Positions 9,380 to 18,845 are shown, numbered from the stretch's first letter. The stretch is DNA of 64,000 nucleotides from Promethearchaeota archaeon (GCA_048941625.1 JBHLNK010000006.1:1652-65651), one strand, 5' to 3'. Program-made: numbers and translations. Notes: a model not told the origin generated them from the sequence alone.

Positions 9380-11449
9380 ATGGTTGGATATTATGACTTA
9401 TTATATTGGATCCTTTTTTATTTAGGGATTCTGCTTTCTGTTTTTGGACTGATTTATATTATCTGGATTCTAAAAAAGTTAAAAAGACTTGATAACGGAT
9501 CTAAAGAAATGGTGAAGATTCACAATTTAATAAAATTAGGTTCTAATACATACTTAAAAAGGCAATTTAAGACAATTAGTATAGTCTTAATAGTTTTGTC
9601 TATTATTTTGTTATTTGTTAATGTTCCATTAGCTGTTTCTTTTATAATTGGAGCTGTGACATCTCTCATTGCAAGTTATATTAGTATGATATCATCTACT
9701 TTATCCAATGTTAAAGTAACGCAAGCATGTAAAAGTGACTTAAATCGTGCTTTAAAAATAGGATTTAATGCAGGAATGGTTATTGGAGTTTCAGTAATTT
9801 CTATTTCTTTATTAGGAATTAGTATATTATATATTTCCTTTAATTTCAACATTCAAAATATTGTTGGATTTGCTTTTGGAGCATCTTTTTCTGCTCTCTT
9901 TGCTCAGTTAGGGGGAGGAATATATACCAAAGGGGCTGATATTGGTGCTGATTTAGTGGGGAAATTGGAACATGGATTACCTGAAGATGATATAAGAAAT
10001 CCCGCAGCTATAGCAGATAATGTTGGGGACAATGTTGGAGATTGCGCAGGGAGAGGAGCAGATCTTTATGAATCTTCTTCTGCAAATAATATTGCGGCTA
10101 TGATTATAGGAGTTTCATTAAGTGTTGTTACAAACAATCCTTTATTCATTATTTTTTCCTTGATTTCAAGAGCTCTAGGTAACATAGCAGGTATAACAGG
10201 AGGTTTTTTTGTAAAAGTTAAAGAAAAAGATAAATCTCCAATCGCAGCATTCGCAAGAAGTCTCAGTGTAACTGCAGTAATTAACATCATATTCTTTTTA
10301 ATTTTAACATTGATTTGTTTTCAAACTGGTTGGTTTTTCTTGTTTTTATCTTCCCTTTTAGGAATCCTATTAGGATTATCAACTTATTTTATAGTGGATT
10401 ATTACACATCTTCAAGGTATAGACCTGTAAAAAATGTTATAAAAAGTTCTGAAACTGGAGCAGCAACTAATGTCATAAGTGGTTTTTCTCTTGGCTTAGA
10501 ATCTCCTACAATTCCAGTAATCTCATTTGTCGTAGGAATCATTATAAGCTTTTTTCTTGGAGAACAGTATGGTATTGCCAATAGTTTCGATCCATATTTA
10601 GGAGGAGTTTTTGGGATAACTGTTGCAACAATGGGTCTATTATCAATCACAACAATAATTTTAGCTTTTGATGGTTTTGGACCAGTATCTGATAATGCTG
10701 CGGGGATAGCAGAAATGTCGCATCAGGGAGAAGAAGTTCGATATAATTTGGATAAGTTGGATGCTGTTGGGAACACAACAAAAGCTTTAGCAAAGGGTTT
10801 TGGTATCACTTGCGCTGCATTATCAGCTATAATATTATTTGAAGCCTATTTAGAAGAAGTTAAGACAATTGATGTTAATATTTATCATCCTGTTGTTTTA
10901 TGTGCTCTATTAATAGGAGCAGTGATTCCTTTTGTTTTTTCAGCATTTGCAATTAGATCTGCAGGAGTCGCAGCCTATGGGATGATTAAGGAAATTCAAA
11001 GGCAATTTAAAGAAGATCCAGGAATTCTTGAAAATAAATCATTACCAGATTATGAAAAATGTATTGATACTGGTACTAAAGTAGCTTTAAAACAAATGAT
11101 TTTTCCTGCTTTGCTCCCTACTTTGACACCTATTATTCTTGGTTTTCTATTTGGCCCTGTGGCTCTTGCTGCATTTTTGATATCTGGGACTATATCTGGA
11201 ATAATATTGGGATTTGTTCTAAATACAGGTGGAGGGGCTTTAGACAATACAAAAAAGGCAATTGAAGGAGGACTTTTAGGAGGAAAGGGTTCTGATGCCC
11301 ACAATGCATCCATCATTGGTGATACATTTGGTGATCCTTTAAAAGATACTGCTGGACCATCTCTCCATATTCTTGTAAAAGTAATAAATACCGTTTCGAT
11401 AGCCTTTGCCCCTATTTTTCTGACGATGGGGCCATTAATCATTTTATAA
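9380..11449 (+). CDS. hppA: Membrane-bound ion-translocating inorganic pyrophosphatase
   Basis: GGGIYTKGADIGADLVGKLEHGLPEDDIRNPAAIADNVGDNVGDCAGRGADLYES, GNTTKALAKGF, DNTKKAIE...GDTFGDPLKDTAGPSLHILVK. About 16 TM helices. Confidence 0.95.
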   Translation: MVGYYDLLYWILFYLGILLSVFGLIYIIWILKKLKRLDNGSKEMVKIHNLIKLGSNTYLKRQFKTISIVLIVLSIILLFVNVPLAVSFIIGAVTSLIASYISMISSTLSNVKVTQACKSDLNRALKIGFNAGMVIGVSVISISLLGISILYISFNFNIQNIVGFAFGASFSALFAQLGGGIYTKGADIGADLVGKLEHGLPEDDIRNPAAIADNVGDNVGDCAGRGADLYESSSANNIAAMIIGVSLSVVTNNPLFIIFSLISRALGNIAGITGGFFVKVKEKDKSPIAAFARSLSVTAVINIIFFLILTLICFQTGWFFLFLSSLLGILLGLSTYFIVDYYTSSRYRPVKNVIKSSETGAATNVISGFSLGLESPTIPVISFVVGIIISFFLGEQYGIANSFDPYLGGVFGITVATMGLLSITTIILAFDGFGPVSDNAAGIAEMSHQGEEVRYNLDKLDAVGNTTKALAKGFGITCAALSAIILFEAYLEEVKTIDVNIYHPVVLCALLIGAVIPFVFSAFAIRSAGVAAYGMIKEIQRQFKEDPGILENKSLPDYEKCIDTGTKVALKQMIFPALLPTLTPIILGFLFGPVALAAFLISGTISGIILGFVLNTGGGALDNTKKAIEGGLLGGKGSDAHNASIIGDTFGDPLKDTAGPSLHILVKVINTVSIAFAPIFLTMGPLIIL

Positions 11450-11477
11450 AAAAAATTAAGATAAAATTTTAGAAATT

Positions 11478-12155
11478 ATGAATAAAGTAATAAAATTCTC
11501 TAATGGTGGTGAAAAAATGACAGATAAAATCAAAAATCAATTAATTGATATACTTATAGAACATTCAAGAGTTATGTACTCTATAATGAGCGATTTGGGT
11601 GTTTTTTATGTAACTTGGGCAGAAAATTCAAAAAAAAATAGAAAATTATTAGAAAAGAAAGCAACTAAATTGAAATTTGATATAGAAGATGCTGCATTGA
11701 TAAAAAATCAAGTAATTAAAGATTATTCAGAATTAATATCATTAGGATCGGGAGATTGGGTCATTTTGATTCAGAAAATGAATAATTTATCAAATAAGGC
11801 TTCAAGATTTATTGATTTATTAATATACATTGAACTAAGAAACGTAGATTCTGAAATGAAAAGGATGTATCATAAATCAATCAACAAAATTTTAGAAATG
11901 GTAGAATTGCTAAAAGAATCAATAAAATTATTGCGAGAAAATCCTAGAAATGTAATTTTTAATATAAATAAGATTCATGAGCTTGAAAACTTTACAGATA
12001 CAATATTACATCAATTTCTGAATTATCTTTACAAAAGTAAAGAGTTAGAGATTAGAAATTTATTAATAATTAGAGATAGTGTGGTTACTCTAGAACAATT
12101 CGTTGATAAAATTAATCACATAGCAGAGATTATTAGAGTGTTGCATTATGAATGA
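11478..12155 (+). CDS. DUF47/PhoU-like helical protein (paralogue of 27650-28300)
   Basis: All-helical ~220 aa protein. LIEHSRVMYSIMSDLGVFY...ELEIRNLLIIRDSVVTLEQFVDKINHIAEIIRVLHYE is colinear with the second copy and resembles COG1392/DUF47 architecture. Confidence 0.5.
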   Translation: MNKVIKFSNGGEKMTDKIKNQLIDILIEHSRVMYSIMSDLGVFYVTWAENSKKNRKLLEKKATKLKFDIEDAALIKNQVIKDYSELISLGSGDWVILIQKMNNLSNKASRFIDLLIYIELRNVDSEMKRMYHKSINKILEMVELLKESIKLLRENPRNVIFNINKIHELENFTDTILHQFLNYLYKSKELEIRNLLIIRDSVVTLEQFVDKINHIAEIIRVLHYE

Positions 12156-12329
12156 AGAAACTATTTTTGGAAATTAACTTAAAGAAAAAGTTCGGACTGT
12201 TGCCTCAAGTGAATATATTATTATAGAAGAGACAATCCTCTATTCAGCAGTAAAATTGATAGGTGATTGGATTTTAAAACAGATTACAAAGATAAGAGAA
12301 TATAATGTATAAATCCCTTTAACAATGAG

Positions 12330-13046
12330 ATGATTGATACCAAAAATAACTCCAAAAACACAAAAAGTAGTTTAGAGAATTCATTTGATAAATTTTATAA
12401 AAGATTATTAAAGAAAAAGCTGGTACGAATTTGTATTTATATTCAATTTATAATTTTTTATCCTGGATTAATTCTTGCGATAATAATTGCTAATGAGTCT
12501 AATCCAAAGGGATACAATTTGATTTATAATTATATAAGTGATCTTGGTTCGGTAAAATTTACCCCCGTACCTTATATCTATAATTCCATAGTTATATTGA
12601 CAGGTATTATTACAATTCCTATTTTTTTGTATCTTGAAGAATATCTCTGCTCTAAATCAACAAGAATATTAGCAAGGTTAGGAAAAATTGTGTTTTTAAT
12701 AGGTTCAACTGGATTGTTTAGTGTGGGGATTATTAACGAGGATTTTTTGATACCTGCTTTACATATTTCATTCTCAATAATGGCATTTGCATGTTTTACG
12801 ATAGGTGGTGTAATTTCCGGATTCCTAATTATTTTACAAAAAACAATATTTCCAAAAATAATTGGATATTATATGACAACCTATTCTCTTGGGCTTATTA
12901 TATTGAGGATTTTTCATTTCATTCCTATAATAACATTACCACTTATTGAGTGGGCTTGGTTTTTAGGAATATTAATATGGTTAATACCAATAACATTAAA
13001 CTTATTGAGAGATATATATAAATATGATAAAAATGTCAATGAATAA
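12330..13046 (+). CDS. Polytopic membrane protein, DUF998-like
   Basis: Six to seven hydrophobic helices. The ISDLGS motif after the first helix is typical of DUF998 proteins. Confidence 0.4.
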   Translation: MIDTKNNSKNTKSSLENSFDKFYKRLLKKKLVRICIYIQFIIFYPGLILAIIIANESNPKGYNLIYNYISDLGSVKFTPVPYIYNSIVILTGIITIPIFLYLEEYLCSKSTRILARLGKIVFLIGSTGLFSVGIINEDFLIPALHISFSIMAFACFTIGGVISGFLIILQKTIFPKIIGYYMTTYSLGLIILRIFHFIPIITLPLIEWAWFLGILIWLIPITLNLLRDIYKYDKNVNE

Positions 13047-13095
13047 TCGATTTTGATTGACATTTTCTAAATAATGTAAGATGGAATCTATTAAA

Positions 13096-13404
13096 TTATT
13101 TTTTATTATTAAAATCTTTGAGGGCTTTATCGAAGAGAGTTTTCTTAACTCTTTTTTTCAATTTTTTAATATCATCGTATTTTAGATCAAGATGATTAAT
13201 TAAACCTGCTTTTTTAGCTTCTATTTCATAGGTAATAATTATTTCTTCCCCTAATTCATAATCTTTTATAGCTTCATCATAAGCACCAAGCGAATCCATT
13301 CCCTTCTCAATTAAATTTTTAACGTACTTCCAAATCTTGTTAACAAGTTTATTTATTGTGGATTTTTCAACGACTTTTTTCTTTAATTCAGAAATTATTA
13401 TCAC
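13096..13404 (-). CDS. Small lysine-rich hypothetical protein
   Basis: Intact 102-aa ORF with no recognisable motif. Confidence 0.3.
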   Translation of the reverse strand: MIIISELKKKVVEKSTINKLVNKIWKYVKNLIEKGMDSLGAYDEAIKDYELGEEIIITYEIEAKKAGLINHLDLKYDDIKKLKKRVKKTLFDKALKDFNNKK

Positions 13405-13619
13405 CTTATCTCTACAATAAAGATTTTCGTATTTTATATAAAACCTACTTTAATAATTAATAATTTAAATTCAGATATTCTATTTTAAAGCAATTACATA
13501 TATAGAAAAGTCTCATAAGTATTATTCAATAAAAAAATTCTCCTAAAGAAGTATTTTAAACCTTTTAATCAATATAACTTTCTCAAACTTCAATCATCAA
13601 TTTAACAAAGCTAATTCTT

Positions 13620-14153
13620 TTAAAAAATATGTATTTTATCCAAAATCATATTGATGTTACTTTGATAAATTTCATGAAAATCATCGGAGGGGATAATTTG
13701 TTTTATTCTTTCTATAAGACTTTGAATCATTTCTCTCTTAAGATCTGGAAATCGCTCAAAAAGATTATTATCATATTTATGAAGAAAAATTGTAAATTCT
13801 ACTTTAAGATTAAGTCTTTTTAGCTTCATTATAATTGTCTGTAGAAATTTTATAGCTAAATCATAACGGGTAGAATCTTGAACATCAATCACAAAGAAAA
13901 TCTCTCTTGTATTATTAATATAGCTATTAAAGTTATTTAGAAATTCATTTCGATATACTTCTTCACCTTTAAAATCCCATAAACTAAATTCAATATCACT
14001 CTTTTCTAATGTAAATATATTTGGACTTTTAGTATCACCAAGGGAGTTATAGTCAGATAAATTGAATTTACCAATAAAATTAAAGACAATAGATGTTTTA
14101 CCACTTTTTTCCAATCCTAAGACTATTATTTTTTTCTTTTTTAATGATGTCAT
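13620..14153 (-). CDS. Small GTPase, Rag/Gtr-like G domain without a C-terminal roadblock domain
   Basis: G1 is IIVLGLEKSGKTSI (compare RagC/Gtr2 LMGLRRSGKSSI). G3 is LWDFKGEE. FFVIDVQDS compares with Rag VIDAQD. G4 is FLHKYD, the His-containing HKxD typical of Rag/Gtr. Confidence 0.7.
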   Translation of the reverse strand: MTSLKKKKIIVLGLEKSGKTSIVFNFIGKFNLSDYNSLGDTKSPNIFTLEKSDIEFSLWDFKGEEVYRNEFLNNFNSYINNTREIFFVIDVQDSTRYDLAIKFLQTIIMKLKRLNLKVEFTIFLHKYDNNLFERFPDLKREMIQSLIERIKQIIPSDDFHEIYQSNINMILDKIHIF

Positions 14154-14192
14154 AATTACTTTTAAAGTATTGAGATGTTCAATTTCCTTTAA

Positions 14193-14528
14193 TTATTTTA
14201 ATTTTTCAAGGTTATCTGATTGTATCAAATTTTGATACCTGCTTTTATGTAGTTCGATTACAAATGAATTAATGGCAGAAATTACCCTAAAAATATTCTG
14301 ATTTTTTATAAAGTAATATTTAAGACTCCCCTTTCGCTTATAAGAGATAATTTTTGCCTTTTGCAATTGATTTAGTTGTTGTGATGAATAAGATTGACTA
14401 ATGTCTAAAAATTCTTCAATTTCTTTTGAAGTCTTTTGACCATTTTTTAGATACTTTATAATCTTCAATTTAAATGGATCACTCAATAATTTTAAAAAAT
14501 CTGATGTTTCTTCTGTTATTTCATCCAT
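14193..14528 (-). CDS. ArsR/SmtB-family winged-helix transcriptional regulator
   Basis: LKLLSDPFKLKIIKYLKNGQKTSKEIEEFLDISQSYSSQQLNQLQKAKIISYKRKGSLKYY is the canonical ArsR HTH-wing layout. Confidence 0.7.
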   Translation of the reverse strand: MDEITEETSDFLKLLSDPFKLKIIKYLKNGQKTSKEIEEFLDISQSYSSQQLNQLQKAKIISYKRKGSLKYYFIKNQNIFRVISAINSFVIELHKSRYQNLIQSDNLEKLK

Positions 14529-14651
14529 TCTAATTTACCAAATTTTCATTTTTTCTTTGAATTGTGAGAAATTAAATATTCTAAACCTAAATCAGAGTAG
14601 TTACTATATAAATTAGATATTAAAGAAATTTAAATATGATGAAAGAGAGAT

Positions 14652-14694
14652 ATCATAATATTATATAATCATAATATTTAAATATCATAATATT
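14652..14694. promoter_or_regulatory. Three direct copies of ATCATAATATT at an exact 16-bp period in the divergent ArsR/Lrp intergenic region (candidate operator array)
   Basis: Copies at 14652-14662, 14668-14678 and 14684-14694. The first is embedded in a perfect 10-bp palindrome ATAATATTAT (14655-14664). Confidence 0.5.
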
Positions 14695-14761
14695 ACTATT
14701 TTTTAATAAATAATCATTAAAAATTTTAACTCTAATCATAAAAAAGGAATTATAGCTGAAA

Positions 14762-15247
14762 ATGATGAATCAAACTCTTATTTTAGATGAAATTGATAAA
14801 AAAATTGTTACAATAATTCAGAAAAATCCAACTATCACTCACACAAAATTAGCGAGAAAAGTTAATAGAAGCCAACCAACAATTGGAATGAGAATAAAAA
14901 AGCTTGAGGAATCTGGACTCCTAAAATTCCAAGCGGGTCTAAGTGTGAAGAATTTAGATTGTTATTTCGCAAAAGTGAACATTCAAACATCTGATCCTTC
15001 AAAACTTAAACAAATAATCATATCCTGCCCTCATATTATCCAGGGTTACAGATTAAGTGGTTCTACGAATTTCGTTATGATTATTGCTTGTTCAGCTCTT
15101 AAAGAACTTGATAAAATTGTCAATTATCATTTCAGAAAAAATCCTGAAGTAAAGATTGTCAATACAGAGATTATTTCGGAAATAATTACTGAATTTGTGA
15201 TTCCTGTTGATTTTCGAACTGAGAGTTGTAATTGCTTAAAAAAATAA
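14762..15247 (+). CDS. Lrp/AsnC-family transcriptional regulator
   Basis: LDEIDKKIVTIIQKNPTITHTKLARKVNRSQPTIGMRIKKLEESGLL HTH followed by a RAM-like alpha/beta domain. Confidence 0.8.
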   Translation: MMNQTLILDEIDKKIVTIIQKNPTITHTKLARKVNRSQPTIGMRIKKLEESGLLKFQAGLSVKNLDCYFAKVNIQTSDPSKLKQIIISCPHIIQGYRLSGSTNFVMIIACSALKELDKIVNYHFRKNPEVKIVNTEIISEIITEFVIPVDFRTESCNCLKK

Positions 15248-15482
15248 ATTAAAGTACACAAAAATATTGAAAACTAAGAGGTATTTAAATTGAAAATATT
15301 TATCGATTTTGATAAAACAAGGTTAAAACATTATATAAATTATTATTTAGAAGAATTTAAAATTTTAATAAAAGTACCGTTGAAAAAAGATGATGGGAAA
15401 GAAGATAGCAGTATTTTAGTCGATAAATTTAATATTTCAAATAGAATTTACATACTTCCAATAAATTGATTCTAAATTATGA

Positions 15483-16412
15483 ATGATTGTGATAACGATG
15501 GCATCCTTAAACAGAATAAAATATGATAATATAAATTTGATGAATGAAAAAAAATGCTGTGCCTTTCCAAATGTTATAAGCTCTAATGGGTATTATGTTT
15601 GTACCAATTGTGGAACAACCCACTCTAAAGTCATTTCTTATAACCCTAGAAGGCAATTCTTTATAGATGGAGATATGATACAGAGCAATAACGAACCAGT
15701 TCGTTCTCCAATTGGACCTCGGACTACTTTTAAAGGCAATCAAGATGGAAAAGGAAAATATTTATCTCCAAAAGCAATAGCATATTTTAAAAGGCTATCT
15801 AAGATAAATAGTGGGCTTGTAAATGGATTTGAAAGAAATTTATGGGTAGTAATACCAAAATTAAATCAAATTAAGTCCAATTTAAATCTCCCTAATTTTA
15901 TTATCGATGATGCTTTTAGGATATATTTATATGCTGCTAAAAAAAAGCTAACACTTGGAAGATCTATTAATGGAATACTTTGTGCCTCGGTTTATTTTGC
16001 CCTAAAATTTCATAGCAAACCCATAATCATTAATGAATTACTTTCTACTTTTCAGATTTCTAAGAAAAAATTTGTGTATTGTTATAAAGCAATTATTAAT
16101 GAAGTCATTCCATCTTTAAATTTGAAAGTTCACAACTTTACACCTCAAGAATATATAAATAAATTTTATGAGGAATTGGAATTATCTGTTAATTGTCGGA
16201 ACATCGCAATAAAAGTTGTAGAAGAAAGCAAAATGAAAGGATTGAGAACTTCTGGAAAAGACCCTAAAGGAATTGCTGCAGCTTCTTTATATATTTCTTC
16301 AAAAAAGAATGATGAATTTCGAACACAAAAACAAATATGTAAAATTGCTAATGTTTCTGAAATAACATTAAGAATGAGATTAAAAGAAATCAGTAATTTA
16401 ATTTACAATTAA
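15483..16412 (+). CDS. tfb: Transcription initiation factor B (TFB/TFIIB family), divergent zinc ribbon
   Basis: N-terminal CC-x15-CxxC (KKCCAFPNVISSNGYYVCTNCG), a B-reader/linker region, and two cyclin-like repeats (GRSINGILCASVYFALKF...; GKDPKGIAAASLYISSK...ANVSEITLRMRLKEI). The real start may be an internal ATG. Confidence 0.85.
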   Translation: MIVITMASLNRIKYDNINLMNEKKCCAFPNVISSNGYYVCTNCGTTHSKVISYNPRRQFFIDGDMIQSNNEPVRSPIGPRTTFKGNQDGKGKYLSPKAIAYFKRLSKINSGLVNGFERNLWVVIPKLNQIKSNLNLPNFIIDDAFRIYLYAAKKKLTLGRSINGILCASVYFALKFHSKPIIINELLSTFQISKKKFVYCYKAIINEVIPSLNLKVHNFTPQEYINKFYEELELSVNCRNIAIKVVEESKMKGLRTSGKDPKGIAAASLYISSKKNDEFRTQKQICKIANVSEITLRMRLKEISNLIYN

Positions 16413-16526
16413 ATTTTGATAACTTTAGAAAAACACAATTTAATCTTCAATATTTAAATTAAAAACCTCTTTTAATCAGTTTTTTCTTGAAATTTCTACT
16501 TCTTTTCAATTTAGACTGAAATTGTT

Positions 16527-17573
16527 TTAAATCCACTTTTTTCTTTTAAAAAATCCAATCATGATAATTACAAGTATTATCATAATAAAAATTAGGATGG
16601 GATAAGCTAAAGGAAAAGAAAGTTCAGGCATATATTTGAAGTTCATTCCATAGAGACTTACCAAAAAGGATAAAGGTATAAAGATTGTTGAAATTATCGT
16701 GAGAATCTTCATAATATCATTCATTTTATTATTTACACTCGATAGATACATATCAAGCATCCCAAAAAGAATATCACGTTGCGTTTCTAGTAAATCACTT
16801 ATAATGAAAACATGATCATTTACATCTCTTAGATAAATTTCCAAATCATCGCTTAATAAGTCAGATTTATCTCTCTGTAATTTATTAACAAGTTCTCTTG
16901 TTGGCCAGATTGAATTGCGGATATCTATCATTATTCTTTTTAATGAATAAATCATTTTCAACGTTTCTGGTGCTGGATTTTGTATTATTTTATCTTCTGT
17001 ATCTTCAATTAATTCTGTAATTATTTCAAGGATAATAAAATAATTATCGATTACAAAATCAATCATAGAATATAATAGATAATCGGAATCCCTATTTCGA
17101 ATTATTCCTTTTGAATACTTTATTCTATCTAAGATTGGTTCAAAAATATCACTTTCTTGTTCTTGTACAGATATAACATATTTGAGTCCTAAGATTAAAC
17201 TAATTTGTTCTGTTTCAAATTTTTTTATTAGTTCGTTATAATGTACACTTTTTAGTACTATAAAAAGATAATTTCCATAATTTTCTAGTTTAGGTCTTTG
17301 ATTAGGATTGAGTATATCTTCTAAAACTAAATGATGAAGATTAAATTTTTTGCCAATATCCTCAATAATTTCAACACGAGATAATCCAGTGATATTAATC
17401 CATCTATTTCTTGATTTATCAAAACTTGATAAATCTTTATTAATTTTTTCTAACTCTAACAGATTATAATCTTCTTTATTGTAATCTATAATTTTAACTT
17501 TCGTCTTCAAATTTTTCTTTTTCCCAGTATAAATTAAAGTACCAGGTGGTTCTCCAACATTATGTTTTTCCAA
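16527..17573 (-). CDS. corA: CorA-family Mg2+/Co2+ transporter
   Basis: C-terminal two TM helices with the signature YGMNF (SLYGMNFKYMPEL). TTG start preceded by GGAGTGGAT. Confidence 0.9.
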   Translation of the reverse strand: MEKHNVGEPPGTLIYTGKKKNLKTKVKIIDYNKEDYNLLELEKINKDLSSFDKSRNRWINITGLSRVEIIEDIGKKFNLHHLVLEDILNPNQRPKLENYGNYLFIVLKSVHYNELIKKFETEQISLILGLKYVISVQEQESDIFEPILDRIKYSKGIIRNRDSDYLLYSMIDFVIDNYFIILEIITELIEDTEDKIIQNPAPETLKMIYSLKRIMIDIRNSIWPTRELVNKLQRDKSDLLSDDLEIYLRDVNDHVFIISDLLETQRDILFGMLDMYLSSVNNKMNDIMKILTIISTIFIPLSFLVSLYGMNFKYMPELSFPLAYPILIFIMIILVIIMIGFFKRKKWI

Positions 17574-17930
17574 TCTTTTAATCCACTCCCTCTATTCTAT
17601 TTTATATTTCACAAAAAAGTAATGATAAAAGAAATTATGATCAACTATCGAAAAAAAAGTTTTATCATCTTGCAATCAAGACATCTTTAGGTTATCTCTT
17701 TTTTGAAATTCAAGAGCTCTTTGGCTCCATTAAACGCATCAGAAGACATATCTATTCCAATTAAAATTTTCTTGTACAATCTCAATTATCACCCATGAAA
17801 TTCCAATTTTTTAAATTGTAAACTTATAAATAGTATTATAAAGGTTTGGATAACAAATTATTAGTTAATAAAACATATACATTATATGCTTTTTACTTAA
17901 AGCTATTGATTGATTTGGATTACCTCTAAA

Positions 17931-18845
17931 TTACTCGTTTGTTTTTAAATCTCCAATATGCTTAAATCTTCCTCCTAATATATTCACCATATCTGATGGA
18001 ACAACGATCCAAGCACCTCTTTCTTTCATTGATTCGTAAAGAATGTTCATTGCTCTTAAATTCAGTGCTACTTCGTCACTTTCATAAATGTGAGCTGCGT
18101 TGATAAACTTATTCGCAATTTGTTCTTCAGAACTAGCGAGTATGACCCTTGCTTGACGTTCTCTCTCAGCCTGTGCTTGTCTACTCATTGCATCTTGTAA
18201 CGCCGTTGGAATAACAACATCCCTAATTTCTACCGAAATTGATTTGACGCCCCATTCTTCAGTTCGCTCATCAATAATTCTCTCAAGATCATGGGAAATT
18301 TCTTCTCTACCTGCTAGCATTTGACTCAATTCTGTCTTTCCAATTATGTCTCGTAATGAAGTTTGAGCAGCCCAAGAAATTGCTGCCTTATAATCTTGAA
18401 CCCGAATTGAAGCTTTGTAGGAATCTAAAACTTTCCAAAAGAGTACTGCATCTACATTTACAGGTACATTATCTTTTGTTAGAGTTTGTTCAGCAGAAAA
18501 TGTCGTTGTTATTAATCTTATGTCAAGAGAAAAAGGAATTTGATAAACAAATGGAAAAAGCCATACAACACCAGGCCCTCGCATACTTTTAAACTTTCCT
18601 AATAATAACGTAGGCACTTTTATCCATTCAGGGATTATATATAATCCTATAAGAACAAAGCCAATAAAAGTTATACAACCCACTCCTATAATTAATGCTA
18701 TTATAAAACTGATTTCAATAAAATTCATAGCAATTAAAAGAATTATAAAAGTTATACCTCCAAAAATGAATAAGAAATATCCCAAACCTCGGATTATTCT
18801 ACCGCCAATTAAATTTGTTGTATTATATGATGACATCTTTATCAA
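17931..18845 (-). CDS. SPFH/band-7 (stomatin/prohibitin-like) membrane protein
   Basis: N-terminal hydrophobic helices, then an SPFH core (...VDAVLFWKVLD...AQTSLRDIIGKTELSQMLAGREEIS...) and a coiled-coil AQAERERQARV. Confidence 0.85.
   Translation of the reverse strand: MIKMSSYNTTNLIGGRIIRGLGYFLFIFGGITFIILLIAMNFIEISFIIALIIGVGCITFIGFVLIGLYIIPEWIKVPTLLLGKFKSMRGPGVVWLFPFVYQIPFSLDIRLITTTFSAEQTLTKDNVPVNVDAVLFWKVLDSYKASIRVQDYKAAISWAAQTSLRDIIGKTELSQMLAGREEISHDLERIIDERTEEWGVKSISVEIRDVVIPTALQDAMSRQAQAERERQARVILASSEEQIANKFINAAHIYESDEVALNLRAMNILYESMKERGAWIVVPSDMVNILGGRFKHIGDLKTNE

Noticed and set aside
2979-11442. Short and medium ORFs antisense to or nested within the M28 peptidase, P-type ATPase, phosphorylase and pyrophosphatase genes (2979-3173, 3230-3484, 5473-5658, 6741-7178, 7880-8065, 8883-9116, 10066-10290, 10402-10650, 11050-11442).
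   Set aside because: Each lies entirely inside a long ORF with strong family motifs on the other strand. Their translations are low-complexity with no motifs. They are typical shadow ORFs of AT-rich coding DNA.
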